Shown piece by piece: positions 14,852 through 23,793 of a stretch of DNA of 32,000 nucleotides; positions within the stretch are counted from its first letter, which is position 1; each line of letters begins with the position of its first letter. Below the pieces are notes generated by a model, which did no database searches, was not told the origin of the DNA, and saw only the letters and a list, made by a program, of their open reading frames with translations. The position numbers and the translations under genes were made by a program. This DNA is from Kineococcus radiotolerans SRS30216 = ATCC BAA-149 (GTDB lineage Bacteria; Actinomycetota; Actinomycetes; Actinomycetales; Kineococcaceae): positions 3,570,001 to 3,602,000 of the forward strand of contig NC_009664.2 in NCBI RefSeq assembly GCF_000017305.1, written 5' to 3'.

Positions 14852-16060
14852 ATGAACGCGCGAACGAACGCCCAGCCCCCCGCGACGACGCCGCGGGAGG
14901 TCGACCTCCCCGTCGACGTCGAGTACCTGACGAGCACCCTCATGGAGCTGCTGCGCATCCCGAGCCCCTCGGGGCGCACCGACGCCGTCATGCAGGTCGT
15001 GGGCACCCACGTCGACGCCCTGGGCCTGTCCTTCGACCTGACCCGGCGCGGGATCCTGCGCGCCACCCTGCCCGGGGCCACCGACGCCGTGAAGCGGGCC
15101 GTGGTGGTGCACGCCGACACCATCGGGCTGATGGTCAAGCAGGTCAAGGACAGCGGCCGCCTGGAGGTCGTCCCCGTCGGCAGCCACAGCGCCCGCTTCG
15201 CCGAGGGCGCGCACGTGACGATCTTCACCGACGACTTCGACCGGGTGTACACCGGCACGGTCCTGCCGCTGAAGAGCAGCGGGCACACCTTCGGCGACGA
15301 GATCGACACCCAGGGCGTGGGCTGGGACCAGGTCGAGGTGCGCATCGACGAACCCGTCGAGTCCGCCCGCGACGTCGCCGCCCTCGGCGTCGAGGTCGGG
15401 GACTTCGTCGCCCTCGACGCCGCGCCGCAGCTCACCCGCGGCGGGTACGTGAAGTCGCGCCACCTGGACGACAAGGCCGGCCTGGCCGCGTGCCTGGCCG
15501 CGCTGAAGGCCCTGCACGACGCCGACGTCCCCCTCGCGGTGACCGCGCAGTTCCTCGTCACCATCGGCGAGGAGGTCGGTTTCGGCGCCACCCACGGGCT
15601 GGCCCCCGACGTCGCCGAGCTCGTCGCGGTGGACAACGCCGTCGTCGCGGCCGGGCAGAACTCCCGCGAGGAGCTGGTCAGCATCGGGATGCTCGACATG
15701 ACCGGCCCCTTCGACTACCACCTGTCCCGGCGGCTGCACTCCCTGGCCCGCGCCCACGGCATCCCCGCGGTGCGCGACGTGTACCGCCACTACCGCTCCG
15801 ACGCGGCCCCCGCGCTGGAGGCCGGCATCGAGGCCCGCCACGCCCTGCTCGGCTTCGGCCTGGACTCCAGCCACGGTCACGAGCGCGCCCACGTCGACGG
15901 CCTCGTCGCCCTGGCCCGCCTGCTCGTGGTGTACCTCCAGAGCGGGCTGACCTTCGACGACTGGGACCAGGCCGAGGCCGGGCCGCTGGCCGACTTCCCC
16001 AGCACCAGCGTCCAGCCGGCCGAGCCCGAACCGGTGGACCGCACGGTCCTCCCCGACTGA
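14852..16060 (+). CDS. M42 family metallopeptidase (glutamyl-aminopeptidase/FrvX-like), of the type that accompanies asnO-ngg
   Basis: LLRIPSPSGRTDAV, VVVHADTIGLMVKQVKDSGRLEVVPVGS, SRHLDDKAGLAACL, VTIGEEVGFGATHG and GFGLDSSHGHER are typical M42 metal-ligand and fold motifs. ATG at 14852 is 13 nt after the S9 stop. Confidence 0.85.
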   Translation: MNARTNAQPPATTPREVDLPVDVEYLTSTLMELLRIPSPSGRTDAVMQVVGTHVDALGLSFDLTRRGILRATLPGATDAVKRAVVVHADTIGLMVKQVKDSGRLEVVPVGSHSARFAEGAHVTIFTDDFDRVYTGTVLPLKSSGHTFGDEIDTQGVGWDQVEVRIDEPVESARDVAALGVEVGDFVALDAAPQLTRGGYVKSRHLDDKAGLAACLAALKALHDADVPLAVTAQFLVTIGEEVGFGATHGLAPDVAELVAVDNAVVAAGQNSREELVSIGMLDMTGPFDYHLSRRLHSLARAHGIPAVRDVYRHYRSDAAPALEAGIEARHALLGFGLDSSHGHERAHVDGLVALARLLVVYLQSGLTFDDWDQAEAGPLADFPSTSVQPAEPEPVDRTVLPD

Positions 16061-16082
16061 CGCGGTCTGGCACCCTGGGCGG

Positions 16083-18011
16083 GTGCGCTGGCTCGTCGTG
16101 GACAACCACGACTCCTACACCCACAACCTGGTCCAGCTGCTGGCCGTCGCCACCGGCACCGACCCGGTCGTGGTCAGCGACGACGACGTCGCCCCCGGGG
16201 AGCTCGACCTCGGCGGCTTCGCCGGTGTCGTCGTCTCGCCCGGGCCGGGGCACCCCGCCAACGCCCGCGACTTCGCCCTCTCCGCCGACGTCCTCGCCCG
16301 CGCCGAGGTGCCCGTGCTGGGCGTGTGCCTGGGGATGCAGGGGATCGCCCTGGCCGAGGGCGCGGTCGTGGACCCCGCCCCCCGGCCGCGGCACGGTTTC
16401 GTCGACCGGGTCCGGCACACCGGCACCTCGGTCCTCGCCGGCCTGCCCCAGGACTTCGCCGCGACCCGCTACCACTCCTTCCGCGTCGCCGAACCCCTGC
16501 CCGACAGCCTGGAACCGCTGGCGTGGGCCGGGGACGGGGTGCTCATGGCGCTGCGCCACCGGTCCCGCCCGCTGGTCGGGGTGCAATTCCACCCGGAATC
16601 GGTGGCCAGCACCACCGGGGCGCTGATCGTGGAGAACTTCGTGCGGTGGTGCCGGCGGTGGGGTTCGCGGCCCCACCGCCTGCACGCCCGCCGCTGCGGG
16701 CCGGCCGTCGACACCGAACGCGCGTTCGCGCACCTGTTCCCCGCCTCCGACGCGGCGTTCTGGCTGGACTCCGCCGCCCGCGGCGCGGGGTCGGGGCGGT
16801 TCTCGTTCCTGGGCGAGGGGACCGGGCCCGTCGTGGACTCCCTCGCCGGTCTCGCGGCCCGGCTGCGCGAGCGGGCGGTGGCCGGCGCGGACGCGGTGCC
16901 GTTCGAGTTCACCGGCGGTCTCGTCGGCTGGGCCGGGTACGAGGCCCGCGACGAGTGCGGGTTCCCGACGTCGCGGCGGGACGAGACCCCGCCCGCCGCG
17001 TGGGTGTTCTGCGACCGGTTCGTCGCCGTCGACCACGACGAGGACACCACGTGGGTCGTGGCCCTGTCCGAGGACGAGGCGGAACCGGCCTGGCTGGAGG
17101 AGGCCGCCGGTCTCCTCGCGGACCTCCCGCCGCTGCCGCCGCCCGCGCCCGCGCCGGAGGCCGCGGTGACCCTGGACACCCCGCCCGCGCGGTACCGGCA
17201 GGACGTCCTCACCGCGCAGCGGCAGCTGGTCGCGGGGGAGAGCTACGAGATCTGCCTCACCACCCGGGCCCGGGTCCCCGCCGCGGGCGACCCGTTCGAC
17301 GCCTACCGGCGGTTGCGGCGCGCCAACCCCGCCCCCTACGCCGCGTACCTGCGGATCGGCGGCGTCGTCGTGCTGAGCAGTTCCCCCGAGCGGTTCCTGC
17401 GGATCGGCACCTCGGGCGCGGTGGAGACCCGCCCCATCAAGGGGACCGCCGCCCTGGACTCCGATCCCGCTGCGCTGCAGGCGGACCCGAAGACCCGCGC
17501 GGAGAACCTCATGGTCGTCGACCTGCTGCGCAACGACCTCGGCCGCGTCTGCGTCCCCGGCAGCGTCACCGTGCCCGACCTCATGGCGGTGGAGACGCTG
17601 CCCACGGTGCACCAGCTCGTCACCACGGTGCGCGGCCGGCTGCGCCCGGAGGTCACGGCCGTGGACTGCCTGCTCAGCTGCTTCCCGCCCGGGTCGATGA
17701 CCGGGGCGCCGAAGCTGCGGACCACCGAGATCATCGACGCCCTGGAACAGCGCCCGCGCGGGATCTACTCCGGCACGATCGGGTGGTTCTCCACCACCGG
17801 CGCCGCGGACCTCGCCGTCGTCATCCGGACCGCGGTGCTCGTCGGGGACGAGTGGCGGGTCGGGGCCGGCGGCGCGGTCGTGCTCGACTCCGACCCCGAC
17901 GCCGAGGTGGCGGAGGTGCTGCTGAAGCTGCGGGCCCCGCTGGCCGCGCTCACGACCTCGCCGTGGCCGGGGCGGGTCACCCCCTCCGGCGGGCCTTCGC
18001 CGCGTACATGA
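16083..18011 (+). CDS. pabB: Fused aminodeoxychorismate synthase (PabA glutamine amidotransferase plus PabB component I)
   Basis: GATase-1 part: VLGVCLGMQG (Cys nucleophile) and VGVQFHPES. Chorismate-binding part: GESYEICLT, SSSPERFLRI, ETRPIKGT, ENLMVVDLLRNDLGRV, PPGSMTGAPK, RGIYSGTIGWF. GTG at 16083 is 22 nt after the M42 stop. Confidence 0.85.
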   Translation: MRWLVVDNHDSYTHNLVQLLAVATGTDPVVVSDDDVAPGELDLGGFAGVVVSPGPGHPANARDFALSADVLARAEVPVLGVCLGMQGIALAEGAVVDPAPRPRHGFVDRVRHTGTSVLAGLPQDFAATRYHSFRVAEPLPDSLEPLAWAGDGVLMALRHRSRPLVGVQFHPESVASTTGALIVENFVRWCRRWGSRPHRLHARRCGPAVDTERAFAHLFPASDAAFWLDSAARGAGSGRFSFLGEGTGPVVDSLAGLAARLRERAVAGADAVPFEFTGGLVGWAGYEARDECGFPTSRRDETPPAAWVFCDRFVAVDHDEDTTWVVALSEDEAEPAWLEEAAGLLADLPPLPPPAPAPEAAVTLDTPPARYRQDVLTAQRQLVAGESYEICLTTRARVPAAGDPFDAYRRLRRANPAPYAAYLRIGGVVVLSSSPERFLRIGTSGAVETRPIKGTAALDSDPAALQADPKTRAENLMVVDLLRNDLGRVCVPGSVTVPDLMAVETLPTVHQLVTTVRGRLRPEVTAVDCLLSCFPPGSMTGAPKLRTTEIIDALEQRPRGIYSGTIGWFSTTGAADLAVVIRTAVLVGDEWRVGAGGAVVLDSDPDAEVAEVLLKLRAPLAALTTSPWPGRVTPSGGPSPRT

Positions 18012-18900
18012 CGGCGTCGGCGGCGTGCATCAGCTCCTCCGGGTCCAGGTGGCGGCCGTCGGGGCCGGGGGACGTCGCCGCCCCCACCGTCACCCCGACC
18101 CGGGGCAGGTCGCCGTCGCCGGGGCCCCGGCCCCACGACCCGTCGGTCAGCCGCTCGACGACGAGCCCGGCGGCCCGCGCGGTGGTGCCCTCGCACAGGA
18201 CGGCGAACTCGTCCCCGCCGAGGCGGGCGGTGGTGTCCTCGGGGCGGACGGTGCCCCGGAGGTGGTCGGCGAAGGCGCGCAGGACCCGGTCGCCGGTGGC
18301 GTGGCCGCGGGTGTCGTTGACGGTCTTGAAGTCGTCGAGGTCCAGGTAGAGGACGGTGACGGGTTCCCCGTGGCGCTCCCCGCGGGGCAGGGCGCGCTGC
18401 AGCTCGTCGAGGAAGCGGGTCCGGTTGCCGAGGCCGGTGAGGGGGTCGTGGGTCGCCTCGTGCTGCAGCCGCCGCCGCAGGTCCTCGCGGTCGGTGGTGT
18501 CCTCCAGGTGCATGATCGCGTGGGGGTGCGCCGTCGTGCCCGCCCGGACGGCGGAGGTGGTGACGCGGACGTCGAGGAGACGCCCGTCGGCGGTGCGGAA
18601 GCGCGTCTCGTGCACCACGGCCGAGGTCGTCCCCTCGCGCAGGGAGCGGCAGGCCTCGACGGCGGCGGCCACCAGCGGCCCGTCGACGAGGCGGAAGAGG
18701 TCACGGCCGACCAGTTCGGCCGCGGGGTAGCCGAGGAGCCGGGTCACCGCGTCGTTGACGCGGGTCACGACGCCGTCCGGCTCGCACACCGCGACGGCGA
18801 TGGGGGCGTGGACGAAGGCGCTGATCGCGTCCTGGGCCAGGGACCGGACCGAGGGGTCGCCGTCGTCGACGGGGGCCGACCCGCCGCTGTCGTGTCGCAC
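17977..18900 (-). CDS. PAS-GGDEF diguanylate cyclase
   Basis: PAS-like part: FVHAPIAVAVCEPDGVVTRVNDAVTRLLGYPAAELVGRDLFRLV. GGDEF domain: HDPLTGLGNR, LYLDLDDFKTVNDTRGHATGD, ARLGGDEFAVL, ADAVMYAAKARRRG. The start is ambiguous (TTG 18936, GTG 18909 or GTG 18900); 18900 has a GAGG 9 nt upstream. The 3' end overlaps pabAB by 35 bp. Confidence 0.85.
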   Translation of the reverse strand: MRHDSGGSAPVDDGDPSVRSLAQDAISAFVHAPIAVAVCEPDGVVTRVNDAVTRLLGYPAAELVGRDLFRLVDGPLVAAAVEACRSLREGTTSAVVHETRFRTADGRLLDVRVTTSAVRAGTTAHPHAIMHLEDTTDREDLRRRLQHEATHDPLTGLGNRTRFLDELQRALPRGERHGEPVTVLYLDLDDFKTVNDTRGHATGDRVLRAFADHLRGTVRPEDTTARLGGDEFAVLCEGTTARAAGLVVERLTDGSWGRGPGDGDLPRVGVTVGAATSPGPDGRHLDPEELMHAADAVMYAAKARRRG

Positions 18901-18967
18901 CGTCCTCACCCTCGTCCCCGACGGTGGAACGCGCAACCTCTCCGGGGTCCCCCCTCCCCGGGGCCGC

Positions 18968-19837
18968 TCACCCGGGCCCGCTCCCGCCCTGGCGGGGGGC
19001 CGCCGACGTGCCCGGCGCGGGACGGTCCAGGGCGATCCCCTGCAGCCACCGGGTCAGCTCGGGGTCCCGGGGCACGGGCACGCCGTCGACGGCCAGGACG
19101 GGCGCGGCGCCGCGCAGGCTCGACAGCAGCCACGCCCCGTCGACCCCGGCGAGCCGGGACGGGCGCAGCGCGGTCTCGCGGTGCGGACCCACGGCGGCCA
19201 GCGTCGTGCCCGCCAGCACCCCGCGCCCGGCCACCGGCGGGGTGTGCCACTCCCCGTCCGCGCGCCACAGCAGGTTCGCCGTGGGCCCCTCCAGCGCGAG
19301 ACCCCCCGCGTCGACGAACAGCGCGTCGTCGGCGCCGCGGCGGGCGGCCTCGCGCAGCGCCGCCGAGTTCACCGCGTACGACGACGTCTTCACCGCCGCC
19401 AGCAGCCAGCGGGCGCCGGGCACGGCGACCGTCCCCCGGGGCAGGGTGACGACGCGGACCCCGCCGCGCCCGGCGAGCACCGCCGCGGGCACCGGGCGCA
19501 GGGTGGCGATCCCCAGCCCGCTGCGCGACAGCGACAACCGCAGCGCGGCCTCCGCCCCCGCGGGGACGTCGTCGGTGAGGGAGCGGGCCAGCGCCTCCCA
19601 CCCCGCCCGGTCGAAGGGGACCTCCAGCTCCTGCGCCCCGCGTGCGAACCGGTCCAGGTGCTCCGCCAGCCGCACCGCGCGCGCCGGCTCCCCGCCGTGC
19701 ACCAGCAGGGTCTCGAAGCAGCCGTCGCCGCGCAGGCCCGCGTCGTCGGCCGGGGCGACGGGGGAGTCCCAGGGCACCTCCCCGCCCCCGAGGACGGCGG
19801 TGCGCGGACACGGTGTCGTCACGCGGGGAGTGTCCAC
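18968..19837 (-). CDS. pabC: Class IV aminotransferase-fold protein, aminodeoxychorismate lyase-like
   Basis: DDAGLRGDGCFETLLV, AAVKTSSYAVN (PLP-lysine context xKTxxY), ADDALFVDAGGLALEGPTANLLW and GVLAGTT. GTG at 19837 is preceded by GGGAGGG; GTG 19822 is an alternative start. Confidence 0.7.
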   Translation of the reverse strand: MDTPRVTTPCPRTAVLGGGEVPWDSPVAPADDAGLRGDGCFETLLVHGGEPARAVRLAEHLDRFARGAQELEVPFDRAGWEALARSLTDDVPAGAEAALRLSLSRSGLGIATLRPVPAAVLAGRGGVRVVTLPRGTVAVPGARWLLAAVKTSSYAVNSAALREAARRGADDALFVDAGGLALEGPTANLLWRADGEWHTPPVAGRGVLAGTTLAAVGPHRETALRPSRLAGVDGAWLLSSLRGAAPVLAVDGVPVPRDPELTRWLQGIALDRPAPGTSAAPRQGGSGPG

Positions 19838-19870
19838 CAGCCCTCCCGGGGCCCGGGCGCCGCCCCGCCG

Positions 19871-19896
19871 GGGCTCGGCGGGCGGGCTCGGCGGGC
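19871..19896. repeat. Perfect 13-bp tandem duplication GGGCTCGGCGGGC x2 in the pabC / DUF72 divergent spacer
   Basis: Direct reading: 19871-19883 and 19884-19896 are identical. The repeat is embedded in a G-tract run (GGGCGGGCTCGGCGGGCGGGG, 19880-19900). Confidence 0.9.
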
Positions 19897-19953
19897 GGGG
19901 CGGCGGCCCCGCCCCCACCCTGTGACCTGACGCGGTGGACGGGAGGGGGAGCG

Positions 19954-20799
19954 GTGGGCGAGGTGCGGATCGGGATCTCCGGGTGGCGCTACCGCGCCTG
20001 GCGGGGCGACTTCTACCCGCAGGGGCTGCGGCAGCGCGACGAGCTCGCCTACGCCGCGGCCCGCTTCGACACCGTCGAGGTCAACGGGTCGTTCTACTCC
20101 CTGCAGCGGCCCACCTCCTACGCCTCCTGGCGCGAGCAGACCCCGGAGGGCTTCCTCTTCGCGGTCAAGGGCGGGCGCTTCATCACCCACCTCAAGAAGC
20201 TGCGGGACGTGGAGGCGCCGCTGGCGAACTTCTTCGCCTCCGGGGTGCTCGCCCTCGGCGACCGCCTCGGCCCGGTGCTGTGGCAGCTGCCCGAGCGGGT
20301 GCACTTCGACGCCGGGGTCCTCGACGCCTTCCTCGCCCAGCTGCCGCGGACGGTGGCGGAGGCGGCCGAGCTGGGCCGGCGCCACGACGCGAAGCTGGCC
20401 CCCGACCGGGTGCTCACCGAGGTCGAGCCGGGGCTGGAGGACCGGCGGGTCCGGCACACGCTGGAACCGCGCCACGAGTCCTTCGGCTCCGAGGAGGCCC
20501 TCGCCGTGCTGCGCGCCCACGACGTCGCCTGCGTCGTCGCGGAGTCGGCCGGGCGCTGGCCGACCTTCGAGGCGGTCACCACCGACCTCGTCCACGTCCG
20601 GCTGCACGGGGACGAGGAGCTCTACTCCAACCGCTACTCCGACGCCGCGCTGGACCGCTGGGCGGAGAAGGTCCGGGGGTGGTCCGAGCACGCCGACGTC
20701 CTCGTCCACTTCGACAACGACGCCCACGGCCACGCCCCCCACGACGCCCTGCGCCTGGCCGCCCGGCTGCCTCCCCCCGACCCCGCGCGGCGGCGCTGA
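19954..20799 (+). CDS. DUF72 (YecE-like) family protein
   Basis: VRIGISGWRYRAWRGDFYP...LAYAAARFDTVEVNGSFYSLQRP...W...TPEGFLFAVKGGRFITHLKKL is the characteristic DUF72 N-terminus. GTG at 19954 is preceded by GGGAGGGGGA. Confidence 0.8.
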   Translation: MGEVRIGISGWRYRAWRGDFYPQGLRQRDELAYAAARFDTVEVNGSFYSLQRPTSYASWREQTPEGFLFAVKGGRFITHLKKLRDVEAPLANFFASGVLALGDRLGPVLWQLPERVHFDAGVLDAFLAQLPRTVAEAAELGRRHDAKLAPDRVLTEVEPGLEDRRVRHTLEPRHESFGSEEALAVLRAHDVACVVAESAGRWPTFEAVTTDLVHVRLHGDEELYSNRYSDAALDRWAEKVRGWSEHADVLVHFDNDAHGHAPHDALRLAARLPPPDPARRR

Positions 20800-20894
20800 G
20801 GAGCGCGAGGGGCCGGGTGGGGCCGGGCTCGTTAGGATCGGGGACGACAGCGCGCACCCCTCAGCACGGAGGCGAACGGCCCCACGGGGCGATC

Positions 20895-21944
<1,050 letters not shown>

Positions 21945-21951
21945 GCCTCCG

Positions 21952-22473
21952 ATGAGCATCGAGGTCGTCGACGAGAGCTCCTTCGCGCAGGGACGGGGCG
22001 TCGACACCGTCGAGGTCTCGCACCTGGCCCGCTACGTGCTGGACGAGATGCGGGTGCACCCGCTGGCGGAGCTGTCGGTCCTCATGGTCGACGTCGAGGC
22101 CATGGCCCGCCTGCACGTGCAGTGGATGGACGAGCCGGGTCCCACCGACGTCATGTCCTTCCCGATGGACCAGCTGCGCCCGGGCCGCGAGGGCCGCACC
22201 TCCGAGCCGGGTCTGCTCGGCGACGTCGTGGTCTGCCCGCAGGTCGCCGCGGAGCAGGCGAAGGCGTCCGGGCACGCCACGGCCGACGAGGTCCTGCTGC
22301 TGGTCGCCCACGGCATCCTGCACCTGCTCGGCTACGACCACGCCGAGCCCGACGAGGAGCGCGAGATGTTCACGCTGCAGCGCCGCCTCGTCCTGGGGTT
22401 CCTGGCCCGCATCGGCCGCCCGGGGGACCCGACGCCCACCGTCGGGCACCGCGCCCTGCCCGCGGGGGACTGA
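21952..22473 (+). CDS. ybeY: rRNA maturation endoribonuclease YbeY
   Basis: TDVMSFPMD... followed by the zinc-binding motif [15 protein letters not shown]. It occupies the canonical position between phoH and the CorC-like gene. Confidence 0.9.
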   Translation: MSIEVVDESSFAQGRGVDTVEVSHLARYVLDEMRVHPLAELSVLMVDVEAMARLHVQWMDEPGPTDVMSFPMDQLRPGREGRTSEPGLLGDVVVCPQVAAEQAKASGHATADEVLLLVAHGILHLLGYDHAEPDEEREMFTLQRRLVLGFLARIGRPGDPTPTVGHRALPAGD

Positions 22474-22476
22474 GCG

Positions 22477-23793
22477 GTGGGTGCACCCGCCGTCCCGCTG
22501 CTGCTGCTGGCCCTCGTCCTGGTCGTGGCCGCCGGCCTGGTCGCCGCGGCCGAGTCCGCCATCGCGGGCACCTCCCGCCGCCGGGCCCGGGAGCTGGAGG
22601 CCGACGGCCGCCGCGGGGCCGCCGAGCTGGACCGCGTGCTGGGGTCGGCCACGTCGGTCCTCACCGTCGCCACCCTGCTGCGCGTCGTCTTCGAGACCCT
22701 CGCCGCCGTGTGCGTGGCCGTCGTGGTCGCCAGCTGGGTCGACTCCTGGTGGCTGGTCCTGCTGCTCGCCGGGCTGGGGATGTCCGCGCTGGACTTCGTC
22801 CTCGTCGGCGTGGGCCCCCGCACCCTGGGGCGCCTGCACGCCGAGACCGTCGCCCGGCGCGCGGCCCCCGTCCTCGGCCCGCTCACGACCGTCCTGGGTC
22901 CGCTGGCGCGCGCCCTGGTCGCCGTGGGCAACGCCGTCACCCCCGGTCGCGGGATGCGCCAGGGCCCCTTCGGCTCCGAGGCCGAGCTGCGCGAGATCGT
23001 GGAGCTGGCCGGGGAGACCTCGGTCATCGAGGCCGGCGAGCGCCGGATGATCAACTCCGTCTTCGAGCTGGGTGACACCCTGGTCCGCGAGGTCATGGTG
23101 CCGCGCACCGACGTCGTCTCCGCCCGCCGCGGGGCCGGGCTGCACGAGGTCGAGGCGCTGCTGCTGCGCTCGGGCTTCTCCCGGATGCCGGTCATCGGCG
23201 AGGACGCCGACGAGGTGCTGGGCATCGTCTACCTCAAGGACGTCGCGCGCCGCTTCCACACCGACCCCGTCGCCGCGCGCGCCGAGCGCGTCGAGACCGT
23301 GGCCCGCCAGACGGTCTTCGTCCCCGACAGCCTGCCGGTGGACGAGCTGCTGCGGCAGATGCAGCGCGACACCACCCACGTCGCGATCGTGGTCGACGAG
23401 TACGGCGGCACCGCCGGGCTGGTGACCATCGAGGACGTCATCGAGGAGATCGTCGGCGACATCGCCGACGAGTACGACCGCGCCGCACCCGACGTGGAAC
23501 CGCTGCCCGACGGCGGTTTCCGCGTCTCCAGCCGCCTGCACGTGGAGGACCTCGGGGAGCTGTTCGAGAAGGAGATCGAGGACGAGGACGTCGACACCGT
23601 CGGCGGCCTGCTCGCCAAGACCCTCGGGGAGGTCCTCGTCCCCGGCGCCGTGGCCGAGGTCCACGGGCTGCGGCTGGAGGCCGACGCCCGCGTCGGGCGG
23701 CGCAACCAGGTGCGCACGGTGCTCGTGCACCGGCTGCCCGAGCACGAACCCGAACTCGTCGACGACCACGCCGGAGGGCACCAGCATGACTGA
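22477..23793 (+). CDS. Hemolysin-family / CNNM-CorC membrane protein (DUF21 + CBS pair + CorC_HlyC)
   Basis: The N-terminus is a hydrophobic DUF21-like region. The CBS region reads VREVMVPRTDVV...SGFSRMPVIGEDADEVLGIVYLKDV, followed by HVAIVVDEYGGTAGLVTIEDVIEEIVGDIADEYD. Confidence 0.9.
   Translation: MGAPAVPLLLLALVLVVAAGLVAAAESAIAGTSRRRARELEADGRRGAAELDRVLGSATSVLTVATLLRVVFETLAAVCVAVVVASWVDSWWLVLLLAGLGMSALDFVLVGVGPRTLGRLHAETVARRAAPVLGPLTTVLGPLARALVAVGNAVTPGRGMRQGPFGSEAELREIVELAGETSVIEAGERRMINSVFELGDTLVREVMVPRTDVVSARRGAGLHEVEALLLRSGFSRMPVIGEDADEVLGIVYLKDVARRFHTDPVAARAERVETVARQTVFVPDSLPVDELLRQMQRDTTHVAIVVDEYGGTAGLVTIEDVIEEIVGDIADEYDRAAPDVEPLPDGGFRVSSRLHVEDLGELFEKEIEDEDVDTVGGLLAKTLGEVLVPGAVAEVHGLRLEADARVGRRNQVRTVLVHRLPEHEPELVDDHAGGHQHD

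Noticed and set aside
20809-20828. GGGGCCGGGT GGGGCCGGGC near-tandem repeat upstream of phoH, considered as an operator
   Set aside because: It is a short, imperfect, G/C-only repeat of the kind expected by chance at this GC content. The only promoter-like element nearby is a TAGGAT hexamer (20833-20838), and I cannot support that further.
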